A DNA stretch of 64,000 nt from a virus (Duplodnaviria > Heunggongvirae > Uroviricota > Caudoviricetes), in the IMG/VR virus record IMGVR_UViG_3300010942_000265; one strand, written 5' to 3'. The position numbers were made by a program, and so were the translations under genes. This document shows positions 20,175 through 29,681 of this stretch, one piece after another; within the stretch, counting starts at the first letter, position 1; each line of letters opens with the position of its first letter. Under the pieces are notes generated by a model, which made no database searches, was not told the origin of the DNA, and worked only from the letters and a program-made list of their open reading frames with translations.

Positions 20175-20881
20175 GTTATTGTTTCATTGTAACTACTTTT
20201 TAAGACTTTGTTTACTTCAAGAAATACCTCTTGAGAATCCCATCTTTGAAACTTTTGGTAAACAGCACTAGCCGGATGAGCAACAAAGAAATTAAAATTG
20301 TTGTCATTTACACTTTCCGCCCACATCTTAGCTTCTTTACCCATGTATACATACACAAGACCATTCTGATTCCAAGTTAAGTGATCAAACAGATAAGCCA
20401 TAAAAGGTTGCCAAATAGAATAATGCTGTCCAATTTTACCTACAGTAGTTGTAAGAGCTGTATTAAGCATTAACACACCTTGGTTTGACCATCTTTTTAA
20501 ATCAGGATCTAAACTTCCAGGGTGTCCTTTATAAACAGTTCTGTTTACTTCTTCTAGCATAAACTTTAAACTAGGTTGTAATTCACCAGTTTTACTACAG
20601 CTAAATGAAATACCATCAGCTACACCAAAATGTGGATACGGGTCTTGCCCTATAAGAACAACCTTAAGTTTATCATAAGGACATTCTTCAAAAGCTCTAA
20701 ATACATCTTTTAAGGGAGGAGTAAACCTTTTCCCATCAGTAGCAAGTCGGGCTAACTGTTTAATAATGTCATCAAAGTCACTACTAAATATAAATGATTT
20801 AAGAACTCTACCCCAGCCACTGGGTTCAAGCCTTTCAAACATTTTTTGTTTAATTTCTTCTAAGTCTAACTTTTGTTTCAT
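20168..20881 (-). CDS. ung: Uracil-DNA glycosylase (family 1 UNG-like); start probably at internal MKQKLD
   Basis: VVLIGQDPYPH water-activating motif, VLMLNTALTT, and a C-terminal AHPASA (HPSP-like) region. Confidence 0.75.
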   Translation of the reverse strand: MKQKLDLEEIKQKMFERLEPSGWGRVLKSFIFSSDFDDIIKQLARLATDGKRFTPPLKDVFRAFEECPYDKLKVVLIGQDPYPHFGVADGISFSCSKTGELQPSLKFMLEEVNRTVYKGHPGSLDPDLKRWSNQGVLMLNTALTTTVGKIGQHYSIWQPFMAYLFDHLTWNQNGLVYVYMGKEAKMWAESVNDNNFNFFVAHPASAVYQKFQRWDSQEVFLEVNKVLKSSYNETITW

Positions 20882-20903
20882 ATTTTTGTTTAAAATAAAG
20901 TTT

Positions 20904-21218
20904 ATGGCTGTTAAAGTTAAGGAGATAAAAGATGATGCAATTGTATCTATCAAAGTCAATAAGAGTTTCTACATGATGAATAAAGCTCTTTCATTCTATT
21001 TATATCAACAAATTGGTACAAAAAAGAATGCTGAAGAGTATCTTAAAGAAATCATGACTAAACCTTATCCTGAATTAGATGATCTACAAAGATCCTTTTA
21101 TACTGTTGCTCTTTTGTTAGCTGAAATAGAAACTCAGATTAAAGCTGAGAATTTATTTACTGAAAAAGAAGTTCTTGAGCCAGGTGATGAAGGATATGTT
21201 GCACCTACCGAAGGTTAA
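20904..21218 (+). CDS. Hypothetical protein; lone plus-strand gene embedded in the minus block
   Basis: ATG at 20904 in the divergent gap; 104 aa; no minus ORF covers 20960..21204. Confidence 0.4.
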   Translation: MAVKVKEIKDDAIVSIKVNKSFYMMNKALSFYLYQQIGTKKNAEEYLKEIMTKPYPELDDLQRSFYTVALLLAEIETQIKAENLFTEKEVLEPGDEGYVAPTEG

Positions 21219-21579
21219 CATTTAGGTCTTTACCAATCTGTATACAAGCTTCAATAGCTAACATTAATTCATCTTTACTGCAATCAGCAAAAGACTTACA
21301 TTCTAAAAGACCGTCTACTTCCATACACAGTCCTGTTTGCGCTTTTACAATTGATTTCATTTCTTCAAAAGTATAACCAGATTCTTTGGCTAACTCTCTT
21401 ATACAAGCATGAACTTTTGCAAGCTGTGCTTTACTATGATCTGCATCTGCAAGATCTAAATACATTTCTACTTTTTGACCTTCTTGTATTTTGTCCAAAA
21501 AAATTTGGTAAGCCAATTTTGATTTATCATCAGAATATGTAAGCTTACCATCTTTTTTAATTAACTTGATTGACATCAT
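21205..21579 (-). CDS. Hypothetical protein (124 aa)
   Basis: ORF track. Confidence 0.4.
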   Translation of the reverse strand: MMSIKLIKKDGKLTYSDDKSKLAYQIFLDKIQEGQKVEMYLDLADADHSKAQLAKVHACIRELAKESGYTFEEMKSIVKAQTGLCMEVDGLLECKSFADCSKDELMLAIEACIQIGKDLNVNLR

Positions 21580-21580
21580 A

Positions 21581-21838
21581 TCAACAATCTGTTATAGTTT
21601 TTACTAGTTCAATAAAAGCATGCAAATGCTCTATGTTTTTGATATTTATTGAAGGTATATCAAATGATTTTACAAACCAACCATGCTCATTTACAACATT
21701 GTCACTGTCATTTGATATTAGACAAATTCCTTCACATAATTCAAGAATGTAATAATGGTAATCATAACCATTACCAGTTTCTGAATGGCTAGCCTCTTGT
21801 TTTTCAAAACCAGCGTCTAATAATTCTTGTTCTGTCAT
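21581..21838 (-). CDS. Hypothetical protein (85 aa)
   Basis: ORF track. Confidence 0.35.
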   Translation of the reverse strand: MTEQELLDAGFEKQEASHSETGNGYDYHYYILELCEGICLISNDSDNVVNEHGWFVKSFDIPSINIKNIEHLHAFIELVKTITDC

Positions 21839-22428
21839 TTTAAATATTTTAGAAACAATTCATGATTTAATACTTTTACAGGATAATCTTTTTCTACATT
21901 CATGTAAGCAAAAGTACTACCCATACCATAAGCACCATGTTCTTTTATTCTTTGTGATTTAAAATGACGCAAGGCTAAATAAGCAATGTTAAAATTGTCT
22001 TCATCTTCAGAATTAAGCATTTTCCAAAGATTATCAATTTGTTCATCATCCATATAACCCATTTCTTTTAATAACTGCATCTCTGCCATTAAAATAAAGG
22101 GTTTATATTGACCCACTTTACCACCTTTTAAATACAAGTGCCATAGATAATTTAAATTTTGATCTACTTTTTTTGTAATATTATAATGTTCTTCAACAAT
22201 TCCTTGAATAAACTCTTTGAATTCTTTAGTTTTCTTATCCATTGCTTTTCTTTCTTTACGTTCATAAGCTATAATCAGATCTAATACTTGTTGATTACCA
22301 ACAAAATAACCTTTACTGTCAATTTGTTTAGACCAATCCTCTAAACTTATTAAAGGTATATTAGAATTCCAAAGTTCTATTGGTAATGTTTCTAAAACAC
22401 TCTTGGGATAGTAATAATTTGTTGCCAT
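21835..22428 (-). CDS. Hypothetical protein (197 aa)
   Basis: ORF track. Confidence 0.4.
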   Translation of the reverse strand: MATNYYYPKSVLETLPIELWNSNIPLISLEDWSKQIDSKGYFVGNQQVLDLIIAYERKERKAMDKKTKEFKEFIQGIVEEHYNITKKVDQNLNYLWHLYLKGGKVGQYKPFILMAEMQLLKEMGYMDDEQIDNLWKMLNSEDEDNFNIAYLALRHFKSQRIKEHGAYGMGSTFAYMNVEKDYPVKVLNHELFLKYLK

Positions 22429-22545
22429 CTGATAAAATTTTCATAAAACAAAGAGAACTATTCATCCCAACCAGAATGTGTATCATCTTTTAAGGCAAGA
22501 ATTACTATTAAAGCAGCTATACATAAGACAATACCAATTACATAA

Positions 22546-22734
22546 TTAGTCATTTTTCTTTGGTTTTTTTAAATACTTTTTCTCAAACTTTTCCCAACCT
22601 TTAGGGTCAAACTGTGTAACAAGCAAATCAAGTTTTACTTCCTCTTCATGCTCGTCACACATTCCAATACCTTTGATATCCAAATCAGGACTATATCTTT
22701 TAGTAGCCGGAGCACCGCATTTAATGCATTCCAT
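22546..22734 (-). CDS. Small zinc-ribbon protein
   Basis: CIKCG...CDEH. Confidence 0.35.
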   Translation of the reverse strand: MECIKCGAPATKRYSPDLDIKGIGMCDEHEEEVKLDLLVTQFDPKGWEKFEKKYLKKPKKND

Positions 22735-23174
22735 TATTTCATATAATTAAATGCTTTAGTACTCCCGGTCATGTTAAACTCAAATACTTGAGATACACAA
22801 GTAAGCTGTCTTGTTCTAATTTTCATAGTAGTTGCAGCTTTAAAATCTTCTAACATGTCACTATAAATCATATCAGGTACTAAAAATATTGTACTTTGAT
22901 CATTACTGACTATGCCTGTACCAGTATATTTTTCCCATTTACCATTTACATATAGACTAAGATCAACTTCTGTGTCTTCATCACAGAAAAAGTATCCTTG
23001 TATGTAAAGAACTACTTCTCCATCTACATTTTCCATCTTCAAGAAGGCACCATCAGATTTCTTTGTATAAGCAATCTTATATGCCTCATCAAAACCATTA
23101 TCTACAGTTTCATAACTCCATTGTGCTGATCCTAACATAGGAATCAACAACATTAATAACAATAACTTTTTCAT
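22734..23174 (-). CDS. Secreted protein with N-terminal signal peptide
   Basis: MKKLLLLMLLIPMLGSAQW signal-like N-terminus. Confidence 0.45.
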   Translation of the reverse strand: MKKLLLLMLLIPMLGSAQWSYETVDNGFDEAYKIAYTKKSDGAFLKMENVDGEVVLYIQGYFFCDEDTEVDLSLYVNGKWEKYTGTGIVSNDQSTIFLVPDMIYSDMLEDFKAATTMKIRTRQLTCVSQVFEFNMTGSTKAFNYMK

Positions 23175-23178
23175 ACTA

Positions 23179-23328
23179 TTAGTCTTTACAATATACGCAA
23201 ATTACAGGAAATCCAGCAGGGCTTCCATCAGCAGGCATCTTCATTTTCTTTTCAGATGCTTGATCATACACTTTTTCCTTTGGTTCTAAATACACACCAC
23301 ATTCAGCACATACTTCACCATTAATCAT
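23179..23328 (-). CDS. Small CxxC...CxxC zinc-ribbon peptide (not in ORF track, under 60 aa)
   Basis: Minus-strand translation MINGEVCAECGVYLEPKEKVYDQASEKKMKMPADGSPAGFPVICVYCKD. Confidence 0.25.
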   Translation of the reverse strand: MINGEVCAECGVYLEPKEKVYDQASEKKMKMPADGSPAGFPVICVYCKD

Positions 23329-23749
23329 TGAGTCCGCTATTTCCCCCATTTTCTTTTATTTTTAATATTTCAGTTACTAAATACTGAATTAAGTACGCGT
23401 AAACTTCTTCTGTTTCATAACAAGGTCTAATACCTTTCATTGCTAAAATGCTATATGTAGCATGATAAACTTCATGAGCAACAAGCCCAATATGTTCTGG
23501 AGTATCTTCAATAACATTTCTGAATCTGATCAGCACAAAACCGTCCCTATGGGTTACAGTTCTTGCATCTGATCTTTCAGTCCAATCATCAAAAGCTAAA
23601 TCAAATTCTTCACGTGAATATCTATGACATACATGGTCATATATTTCATCATCTGTCTCAGCTATTGATACCAATAAATCTGTTACAAATATCTCAATTG
23701 GGATTATTTTAAACATACTAATCTTTAAATATGAAATACATCCATGCAA
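23321..23749 (-). CDS. Hypothetical protein with HExxH motif (possible metallopeptidase-like)
   Basis: HEVYHATY. Confidence 0.35.
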   Translation of the reverse strand: MHGCISYLKISMFKIIPIEIFVTDLLVSIAETDDEIYDHVCHRYSREEFDLAFDDWTERSDARTVTHRDGFVLIRFRNVIEDTPEHIGLVAHEVYHATYSILAMKGIRPCYETEEVYAYLIQYLVTEILKIKENGGNSGLND

Positions 23750-23788
23750 GACATATTACAGTTACACAAATTGTTGTTACAGCATCAT

Positions 23789-24223
23789 TCATGATAATTC
23801 ATTTAGTTTTTCAACATATCTGATACACTCTGCTTTGTGTTCCTCAAAAGAATTAACTCTTGAAGTCAATCCGTATGAAAAGCCCATTGCCAAAAGAATA
23901 TCATCAGTTGTAAATTTTTTATCTAAATCTAATTCTTCAGCAACAAATTCAGCTGTTGGAACATTTGTAAAAAAAGCATTTGGGTTCCAACTTGTTTGTG
24001 AATATTTAATGTACTTTTTAGAAAGTTCATGTGCAGAACTATCCTTTTTAACTTCAATGCTCACTAATCCATCACTACCAAGAGATCTTCTTACACTTGC
24101 TAAACTATTATAGATTTTACCATTTTTAGACAAGTTATTCCCATTTGTAATAGGCTGATAATACAATCCACTTTTAACGTGTTTAATTCTGAAACTCATA
24201 TTATTTCTTTTTAGTTTTTTCAA
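23789..24223 (-). CDS. Hypothetical protein (144 aa)
   Basis: ORF track. Confidence 0.4.
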   Translation of the reverse strand: MKKLKRNNMSFRIKHVKSGLYYQPITNGNNLSKNGKIYNSLASVRRSLGSDGLVSIEVKKDSSAHELSKKYIKYSQTSWNPNAFFTNVPTAEFVAEELDLDKKFTTDDILLAMGFSYGLTSRVNSFEEHKAECIRYVEKLNELS

Positions 24224-24351
24224 TTTCTAATTCTTTCAGGATTTCCCGCATTTTCTTGTCTACATATTTAGCCACTCTATGCTTAGATCTAGGTGTAAAC
24301 ATTTCTTCAATATGGGATAATACTTCATACTGAGCCCGTAGCTCAACTATT

Positions 24352-24612
24352 CTAAAGGGATCCACTATAATACAGTTGCATTAATTCAGTTCTTTCTTCT
24401 ATGGTTGTATTAGCCATAAGAAGTTCTAAACAATCATCAATGTCCACATTAGCTACAAATGCTTCTGGGATACCATGTTCTTGAAACACTTTAATTAAAG
24501 CTTCTGCTTCTGGTTTAATCAAAGTATCAGTCTCATATGCATGTGCAAACTCTGCAATAGCAAGTTTTTGTTTGTCAGTCAATTTCATTTTCCAATTTTT
24601 CTTTAAGTTCAT
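24352..24612 (-). CDS. Hypothetical protein (86 aa)
   Basis: ORF track. Confidence 0.35.
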   Translation of the reverse strand: MNLKKNWKMKLTDKQKLAIAEFAHAYETDTLIKPEAEALIKVFQEHGIPEAFVANVDIDDCLELLMANTTIEERTELMQLYYSGSL

Positions 24613-24916
24613 TCACTGTAATTCCTTGTCTTTGAGCTTCAATTCTAAGAGCTTCATTCCAAATCTCTTCAGCTGTGAACTCATCAACCATGCTTAATAA
24701 ACCCTGTGTTGCTCTAAGATCTCTACTGTTTATCCATTTTCCATTATTATGTCTGAAAAATTGTGTAAAAGCATTAAGTTGCCATTGACCTTTAGTTGGA
24801 TTATTTGGATTATTAATCATATCACCATTCCAACAATCAATATGACCTTTTTTACAGTAGTATCGGGTAAATTTTACCCATCCTTCTTCTAATCTTTCAG
24901 GCTTTTTCAGTTCCAT
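24575..24916 (-). CDS. Hypothetical protein (113 aa)
   Basis: ORF track. Confidence 0.35.
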   Translation of the reverse strand: MELKKPERLEEGWVKFTRYYCKKGHIDCWNGDMINNPNNPTKGQWQLNAFTQFFRHNNGKWINSRDLRATQGLLSMVDEFTAEEIWNEALRIEAQRQGITVNELKEKLENEID

Positions 24917-25292
24917 ATTCTTTCTGTTCTACAATTTCAATTAATTTTTCAAGACAAGCAAGTTCCGCTTCTTCTGGAGTTTCATGATTACCAATATCAG
25001 CTATAGCATTGTATTTACCTAACTTATGTATGCTACCTTGAAAATCATATTCTTTCAGCTCATCATAATAGTCAGGTCTAAACCACAATTGGTGCTTCTC
25101 TCTAAACCATCTAAATGCTTGTGAGTAAGTAGGTCTGGATATACAGTTCAAGAATGAGCTGTTAAAGTCCCAACCAGAAATGTGATCATGTAGTTTAATC
25201 TTATCGTCTTCAAAGTATGTAAGTACTCTTTCTTTAAAACCCAATGCTTTCAATCTGAGAGCTAATGGATAAGGGGTAAATTCATTTTCCAT
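24897..25292 (-). CDS. Hypothetical protein (131 aa)
   Basis: ORF track. Confidence 0.4.
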   Translation of the reverse strand: MENEFTPYPLALRLKALGFKERVLTYFEDDKIKLHDHISGWDFNSSFLNCISRPTYSQAFRWFREKHQLWFRPDYYDELKEYDFQGSIHKLGKYNAIADIGNHETPEEAELACLEKLIEIVEQKEYGTEKA

Positions 25293-25554
25293 CTTCTTCT
25301 GTTAAAGGTTTATAATTAGCAAGAACAAACTGAGTAAACTCATTAAAGTGTTCTTGTACATCATGTGCATTACAAATAATAGGAGTCCATAGACCTTTGT
25401 ATCTCTGATTAAACTTTTGATAAGGTAATCCTTTTGACTTAAGAAATGCAGCTGTTATATCTGCAGTAGTCTTGTTAGTTACTTTGTAACCTTTACTTCT
25501 TAACCAGCGCTCAATACCATAAGCCGCTCTGGTTTTTCTTTGTAAATTACTCAT
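25282..25554 (-). CDS. Hypothetical protein (90 aa)
   Basis: ORF track. Confidence 0.35.
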   Translation of the reverse strand: MSNLQRKTRAAYGIERWLRSKGYKVTNKTTADITAAFLKSKGLPYQKFNQRYKGLWTPIICNAHDVQEHFNEFTQFVLANYKPLTEEDGK

Positions 25555-25556
25555 AA

Positions 25557-25772
25557 CTATTCAATTTCTATTTCTTTAGCATGAATAGTATCTCGGATAC
25601 CATCTTCATTAACAAATTGTAAGACATAAGATTTTTCACCATGTAGAGTTAATGTGTCTATTACTAATAAGTTATCAGTATACAATTTATGCCGAACAAC
25701 ATCACCAGGAATATAATTATGCCCTTTTGTGCAACTGGCTAAAACTAAAGCCATAAAAATCAGTTTTTTCAT
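25557..25772 (-). CDS. Small lipoprotein
   Basis: MKKLIFMALVLASC lipobox. Confidence 0.45.
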   Translation of the reverse strand: MKKLIFMALVLASCTKGHNYIPGDVVRHKLYTDNLLVIDTLTLHGEKSYVLQFVNEDGIRDTIHAKEIEIE

Positions 25773-25782
25773 ATTCTATAAT

Positions 25783-26652
25783 TTAAAAAATATAACGGAT
25801 TGTATTCCAAGGAATTATCTCATCATGCAATTCAGTCCACTGTTTAATGTACTCAGCTTTTTTATTATGTTCATACCTAATATTTTTTCCACCATACTGC
25901 GATACTTTTCCCTCTTGTATTTCTGGTGCCCATAATAAAGCTTCCCCTAAAGGATTACTCTTTAGATTATGCTTATGCTTTTCTTCATTATGAGTAAGAA
26001 ATATTACTTCAGCTTTTACTGAGTCATTATCCCAACCTTCTTTACTAGCAATAAAATCAATCTGTTGAAATAATATCTTGTAATGTTCTAACCACCCCTC
26101 ATGCACAATCACAGGACTAAAGTTTAAGTGTACTTCATACCCTGCAAATCTAAATTCACTTATAGCCAAAACTCTTTCTTTTATACTACTAGTATTAGGC
26201 TCCAGAGTTTTTCTAAATAATGAAGGCATAAGACTAAATCTTACTCTAATCTTACCTTCCGGATCAAACCTTAGTAAATCTTCATTTACATACTTAGTAG
26301 CAAATGAACCCATAGCAAGTGGATGATCTCTAAAGAACCTAAATATTTTTTCCCATTCATGATACTTAGCATGAAGAGCAAAGTCTTCATTACATGAGAT
26401 GTCATAAGTAATAAACTCACCTGTTTGATTAGGTTTTTCTACATCAGCAAAGAATGCATGTGAATTAATCTCTGTCAGGATATCCATAGTATTAGTTGCT
26501 ATGGATAATCCTTCCGGTTTATGTCTTTTCATATAGCAGTAGCTGCAGTTATAAAGACAACCATGTCCAAAACTTGGACTTATATAGTCTGTTGATCTAC
26601 CAGAAGGTCTGATGATCATAGACTTTCTGTTAACCATTTCTATCAGTGACAT
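25783..26652 (-). CDS. Radical SAM enzyme, spore-photoproduct-lyase (SplB/COG1533)-like
   Basis: GCLYNCSYCY CxxxCxxC cluster near the N-terminus; about 290 aa. Confidence 0.5.
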   Translation of the reverse strand: MSLIEMVNRKSMIIRPSGRSTDYISPSFGHGCLYNCSYCYMKRHKPEGLSIATNTMDILTEINSHAFFADVEKPNQTGEFITYDISCNEDFALHAKYHEWEKIFRFFRDHPLAMGSFATKYVNEDLLRFDPEGKIRVRFSLMPSLFRKTLEPNTSSIKERVLAISEFRFAGYEVHLNFSPVIVHEGWLEHYKILFQQIDFIASKEGWDNDSVKAEVIFLTHNEEKHKHNLKSNPLGEALLWAPEIQEGKVSQYGGKNIRYEHNKKAEYIKQWTELHDEIIPWNTIRYIF

Positions 26653-26655
26653 TGC

Positions 26656-26910
26656 TTAAACTTTCTCAAAAACATGCCATACAAACATTCCTTTTTTAAA
26701 TGTTCTGATATACCATAAGTTGTTTTCAATATCTTGCCCGGTACCTTTTATCACAAAAGTTTTCTTTTCTGTTGGTGCATCTGGATTAACCAAACACCAA
26801 ATACAAAGATCACCTTTAGGATCAGGACCAGCAGTTAAAATTTCTGCATTTAATGGTAAATCAAGCTCTGTGTCTCCATTAGCTAAATTGTATTTATAAA
26901 CCTTTCTCAT
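26656..26910 (-). CDS. Hypothetical protein
   Basis: ORF track 26656..26985, trimmed to internal ATG to remove overlap. Confidence 0.3.
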   Translation of the reverse strand: MRKVYKYNLANGDTELDLPLNAEILTAGPDPKGDLCIWCLVNPDAPTEKKTFVIKGTGQDIENNLWYIRTFKKGMFVWHVFEKV

Positions 26911-26917
26911 AACTGTT

Positions 26918-27061
26918 TTATTTGTTTTTCCATTCTTTCCAAGTCTCAAAGTCTTTGAGCTTTTCAAGGTCTTTTTTCCATTCATTCAGGACTGTTCTAC
27001 CCACAGCCCACATCACTAGCCCTCCTGAACAGAAGCCTAGTATAAAATCAATTGCTGCCAT
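26918..27061 (-). CDS. Small membrane protein
   Basis: ORF track 26918..27202, trimmed to MAAIDFILGFCSGGLVMWAV. Confidence 0.3.
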   Translation of the reverse strand: MAAIDFILGFCSGGLVMWAVGRTVLNEWKKDLEKLKDFETWKEWKNK

Positions 27062-27260
27062 CTTCAAGTTGTTTAAGTTGTTGATTATTAAATTCTGTAT
27101 CAGCATACTCATCTGATGTATTTCCACAACAATTACAATGTTCAAACTCAAGTTCAACTGTTGGATAGTTTCTACTATATACACAAACACAATCTGCATC
27201 AATTATTATAGGGGAAAGACAGCTAACACAAACCTTATGCTTAATATAGGTCTTACTCAT
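27048..27260 (-). CDS. Small Cys-rich zinc-ribbon protein
   Basis: CVSC...CNCC. Confidence 0.35.
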   Translation of the reverse strand: MSKTYIKHKVCVSCLSPIIIDADCVCVYSRNYPTVELEFEHCNCCGNTSDEYADTEFNNQQLKQLEDGSN

Positions 27261-27465
27261 CTCCTAGTTGTTTTAAAAGTTCATCTGCCATTTTTACTGA
27301 CCATTCCGCAATTTCTTTAAAATCAGCATCATGATTACTAACCAATAATCCTTGCATGGCTATTCCTGCAAAGTATTCACGTTTTGTTAAGCCTAAATGA
27401 GTTACTGAAGGGTTTCCGTTATCTTCAATTGTAACAGGATATGCATTTTGTTTTCCATTTTCCAT
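27253..27465 (-). CDS. Hypothetical protein (70 aa)
   Basis: ORF track. Confidence 0.35.
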   Translation of the reverse strand: MENGKQNAYPVTIEDNGNPSVTHLGLTKREYFAGIAMQGLLVSNHDADFKEIAEWSVKMADELLKQLGDE

Positions 27466-27466
27466 A

Positions 27467-27751
27467 CTACTTAATGTTTTCTAGTGGATAACTGTTTAGG
27501 ATTGAATCTTTGTCAACATGAGGACTATATTGGAAATGTTCATCATAATCATTAATCTCAACATTTTCAATTATAGCCTTTGCTTGGGCTTCACAATGAA
27601 GTTTAGCAAACTCAATCATTGCAGTATGAATATCTTTTTCTGTCTGAGCATAACAATCTCTTGATAAATCTAATCGCCATATTTCACCTATAGGATTAGC
27701 TATTCCTTTATGAATTAAAAATTCTTCTGCTGTTGGTAATTTAGCTTCCAT
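27467..27751 (-). CDS. Hypothetical protein, paralog family A (copy 1)
   Basis: Shares PTAEEFL, MIEFAKLH and DKDSILNSYPL..IK with 28883..29113. Confidence 0.45.
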   Translation of the reverse strand: MEAKLPTAEEFLIHKGIANPIGEIWRLDLSRDCYAQTEKDIHTAMIEFAKLHCEAQAKAIIENVEINDYDEHFQYSPHVDKDSILNSYPLENIK

Positions 27752-27752
27752 T

Positions 27753-28004
27753 TTACTGAATTTTAATTAATTGATCTACATCAGAAGCTGTGTAATAAAT
27801 TCCACCACCCTTAAAGTAAACTTCATAAACTATATTTGGTTGAGTACTTGTATCAACAGCAATGTGCATATTTTCAGAATTAATGTATATACACTTTGGA
27901 CATACTTTTTGTACTCCAGCTTTTCTACTTGCATAAGTACTTGAACAACTTTTACAGCCTGTCAATGACATAGCTAATGTTGCTAATAAAATAAATTGTT
28001 TCAT
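27753..28004 (-). CDS. Small lipoprotein
   Basis: MKQFILLATLAMSLTGC lipobox. Confidence 0.45.
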   Translation of the reverse strand: MKQFILLATLAMSLTGCKSCSSTYASRKAGVQKVCPKCIYINSENMHIAVDTSTQPNIVYEVYFKGGGIYYTASDVDQLIKIQ

Positions 28005-28005
28005 A

Positions 28006-28641
28006 CTACTTCTTTTTAAACATTTCTCTTACTAAGAACTCATAATGTAAAGGTAAGTGCATACTTAACTCATGAAACATATCCATGACTTCTTCCTCAC
28101 TATACATTCTTTCAGCTTGCAAGCTATTTTGAATTAAACCATTCATGTACTGCCATCTAGGGGAAGCATTGGGATAATGACCAAATATATTGACTAGTTG
28201 TTCTTCTTGCCAAGCGCGTTCTGTTGCTACAGGAGATAACCATTCTCCATCAACATTGTCAGTTTTAACAAATGCAGATTGCTCTGTATTCATTTCTCTA
28301 CCTATTTGATGTGCTTCATGCATAGCATCATTTAAGTCCTGTTTAAACTTAACTTTTTCTTTAGCATACTCAGACTGCTTATGTTCTCTATAAGCTTCTA
28401 ATTCAGCCATAACAGCATCCCATTTTTTAGCTTCATCAGATAAATGTTCTGCATATTCTTGTTCAGCTTGCCATTTAGCACCTGCTAATATTCCTTCTTG
28501 TAAAGAAGCTACCATTAGTTCATGGGTTCTATTATTAATATCAGGTGCATACCCCGCAATTTCTTCAAATCTTTTCTTTGCTAACTCCCATGCAATATTT
28601 TCATTCATTTCAACAGATTTTTCAAGTGTTTCTTTTTCCAT
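28006..28641 (-). CDS. Hypothetical protein (211 aa)
   Basis: ORF track. Confidence 0.4.
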   Translation of the reverse strand: MEKETLEKSVEMNENIAWELAKKRFEEIAGYAPDINNRTHELMVASLQEGILAGAKWQAEQEYAEHLSDEAKKWDAVMAELEAYREHKQSEYAKEKVKFKQDLNDAMHEAHQIGREMNTEQSAFVKTDNVDGEWLSPVATERAWQEEQLVNIFGHYPNASPRWQYMNGLIQNSLQAERMYSEEEVMDMFHELSMHLPLHYEFLVREMFKKK

Positions 28642-28650
28642 ACTACTTAA

Positions 28651-28881
28651 TTAAATTTTTAACATGTCTAATGCTTTTAACCACACGTTATTAAAATACC
28701 ATAAATATGGCTTTTGACTCCAATGTACTTTATCTGTTCCATAATTCATAACCATCATAGGAAATGCTAATAGCATAATAGGTAGAACAGGAATAAAAAA
28801 TATAAATACTAAAGTAAGAACAAATGTAAAAAGCATAAAGCCCACTGCTATTGCTCCTAAACTTAAAATAAACTGTTTCAT
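28651..28881 (-). CDS. Small membrane protein (2-3 TM)
   Basis: Hydrophobic; the N-terminus MKQFIL is shared with 27753..28004. Confidence 0.4.
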   Translation of the reverse strand: MKQFILSLGAIAVGFMLFTFVLTLVFIFFIPVLPIMLLAFPMMVMNYGTDKVHWSQKPYLWYFNNVWLKALDMLKI

Positions 28882-28882
28882 A

Positions 28883-29113
28883 CTACTTGATTTTGTCTAA
28901 TGGATAACTGTTTAGAATTGAGTCTTTATCAATGATTTCATCACCACGATTTTCATGATATGTGATATATGCCTTTTTACTTGCTTCTTCCAATGCTTGT
29001 TGAACATGAAGTTTAGCAAATTCAATCATCCATTTTTTAGCGAGACCATGTTTTGCATGTCCAGGAAATCCCGCCTCTATTAAAAAATCTTCTGCTGTTG
29101 GAATTTTTTCCAT
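28883..29113 (-). CDS. Hypothetical protein, paralog family A (copy 2)
   Basis: Protein- and DNA-level similarity to 27467..27751. Confidence 0.45.
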   Translation of the reverse strand: MEKIPTAEDFLIEAGFPGHAKHGLAKKWMIEFAKLHVQQALEEASKKAYITYHENRGDEIIDKDSILNSYPLDKIK

Positions 29114-29114
29114 A

Positions 29115-29681
29115 CTACTTACGTTTTAAGATTAAACAACCATCTACATCATGCTTAAAAAGCACACCATCAAAAGCTTTGTTGTGAGCTACTTTCATAG
29201 TATCTGAAACAGAATACACTTCATCATTTTCAACCTCAAGTATTTCAACCTCCCATTCAGTTTTTTGTAAATCTTTCATTAACTCAGTAAATTCAAAGTC
29301 ATGGTCAGAAGCTTCATCTGTAAAAACACCTGTTATAAATGATTTTAACATATCCTCCTCACTAAACTTCTTATCACCAAGAATTTCAACAGATGCTAAA
29401 AAACCTCTAATAAATCCAGTTTCATAACAAGCTATATCATTAAATAAAGCTTGGGTATGAGAAGATTTTTTAGCTAGTTCTTCTATATCATATCCTTTTT
29501 CAATAGATATACAATTTTCTAAAGATAACTTAGGAACTTTTGCTGAAGCAACTGTAGTTCCTAACAGTAATGTTCTAGGTCTATTATCTAGTTTAACATA
29601 TTCATCTCCACTTTCTATTTCTTTATCAGAGATAAGATAAAAATCTTCATATTCTTTTACTAATTTTCCTTCCATAATCAA
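29115..29681 (-). CDS. Hypothetical protein, paralog family D (long copy)
   Basis: LSLENCISIEKGYDIEELA, TEWEVEILEV and GCLILKRK are shared with 30269..30664. Confidence 0.45.
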   Translation of the reverse strand: MIMEGKLVKEYEDFYLISDKEIESGDEYVKLDNRPRTLLLGTTVASAKVPKLSLENCISIEKGYDIEELAKKSSHTQALFNDIACYETGFIRGFLASVEILGDKKFSEEDMLKSFITGVFTDEASDHDFEFTELMKDLQKTEWEVEILEVENDEVYSVSDTMKVAHNKAFDGVLFKHDVDGCLILKRK

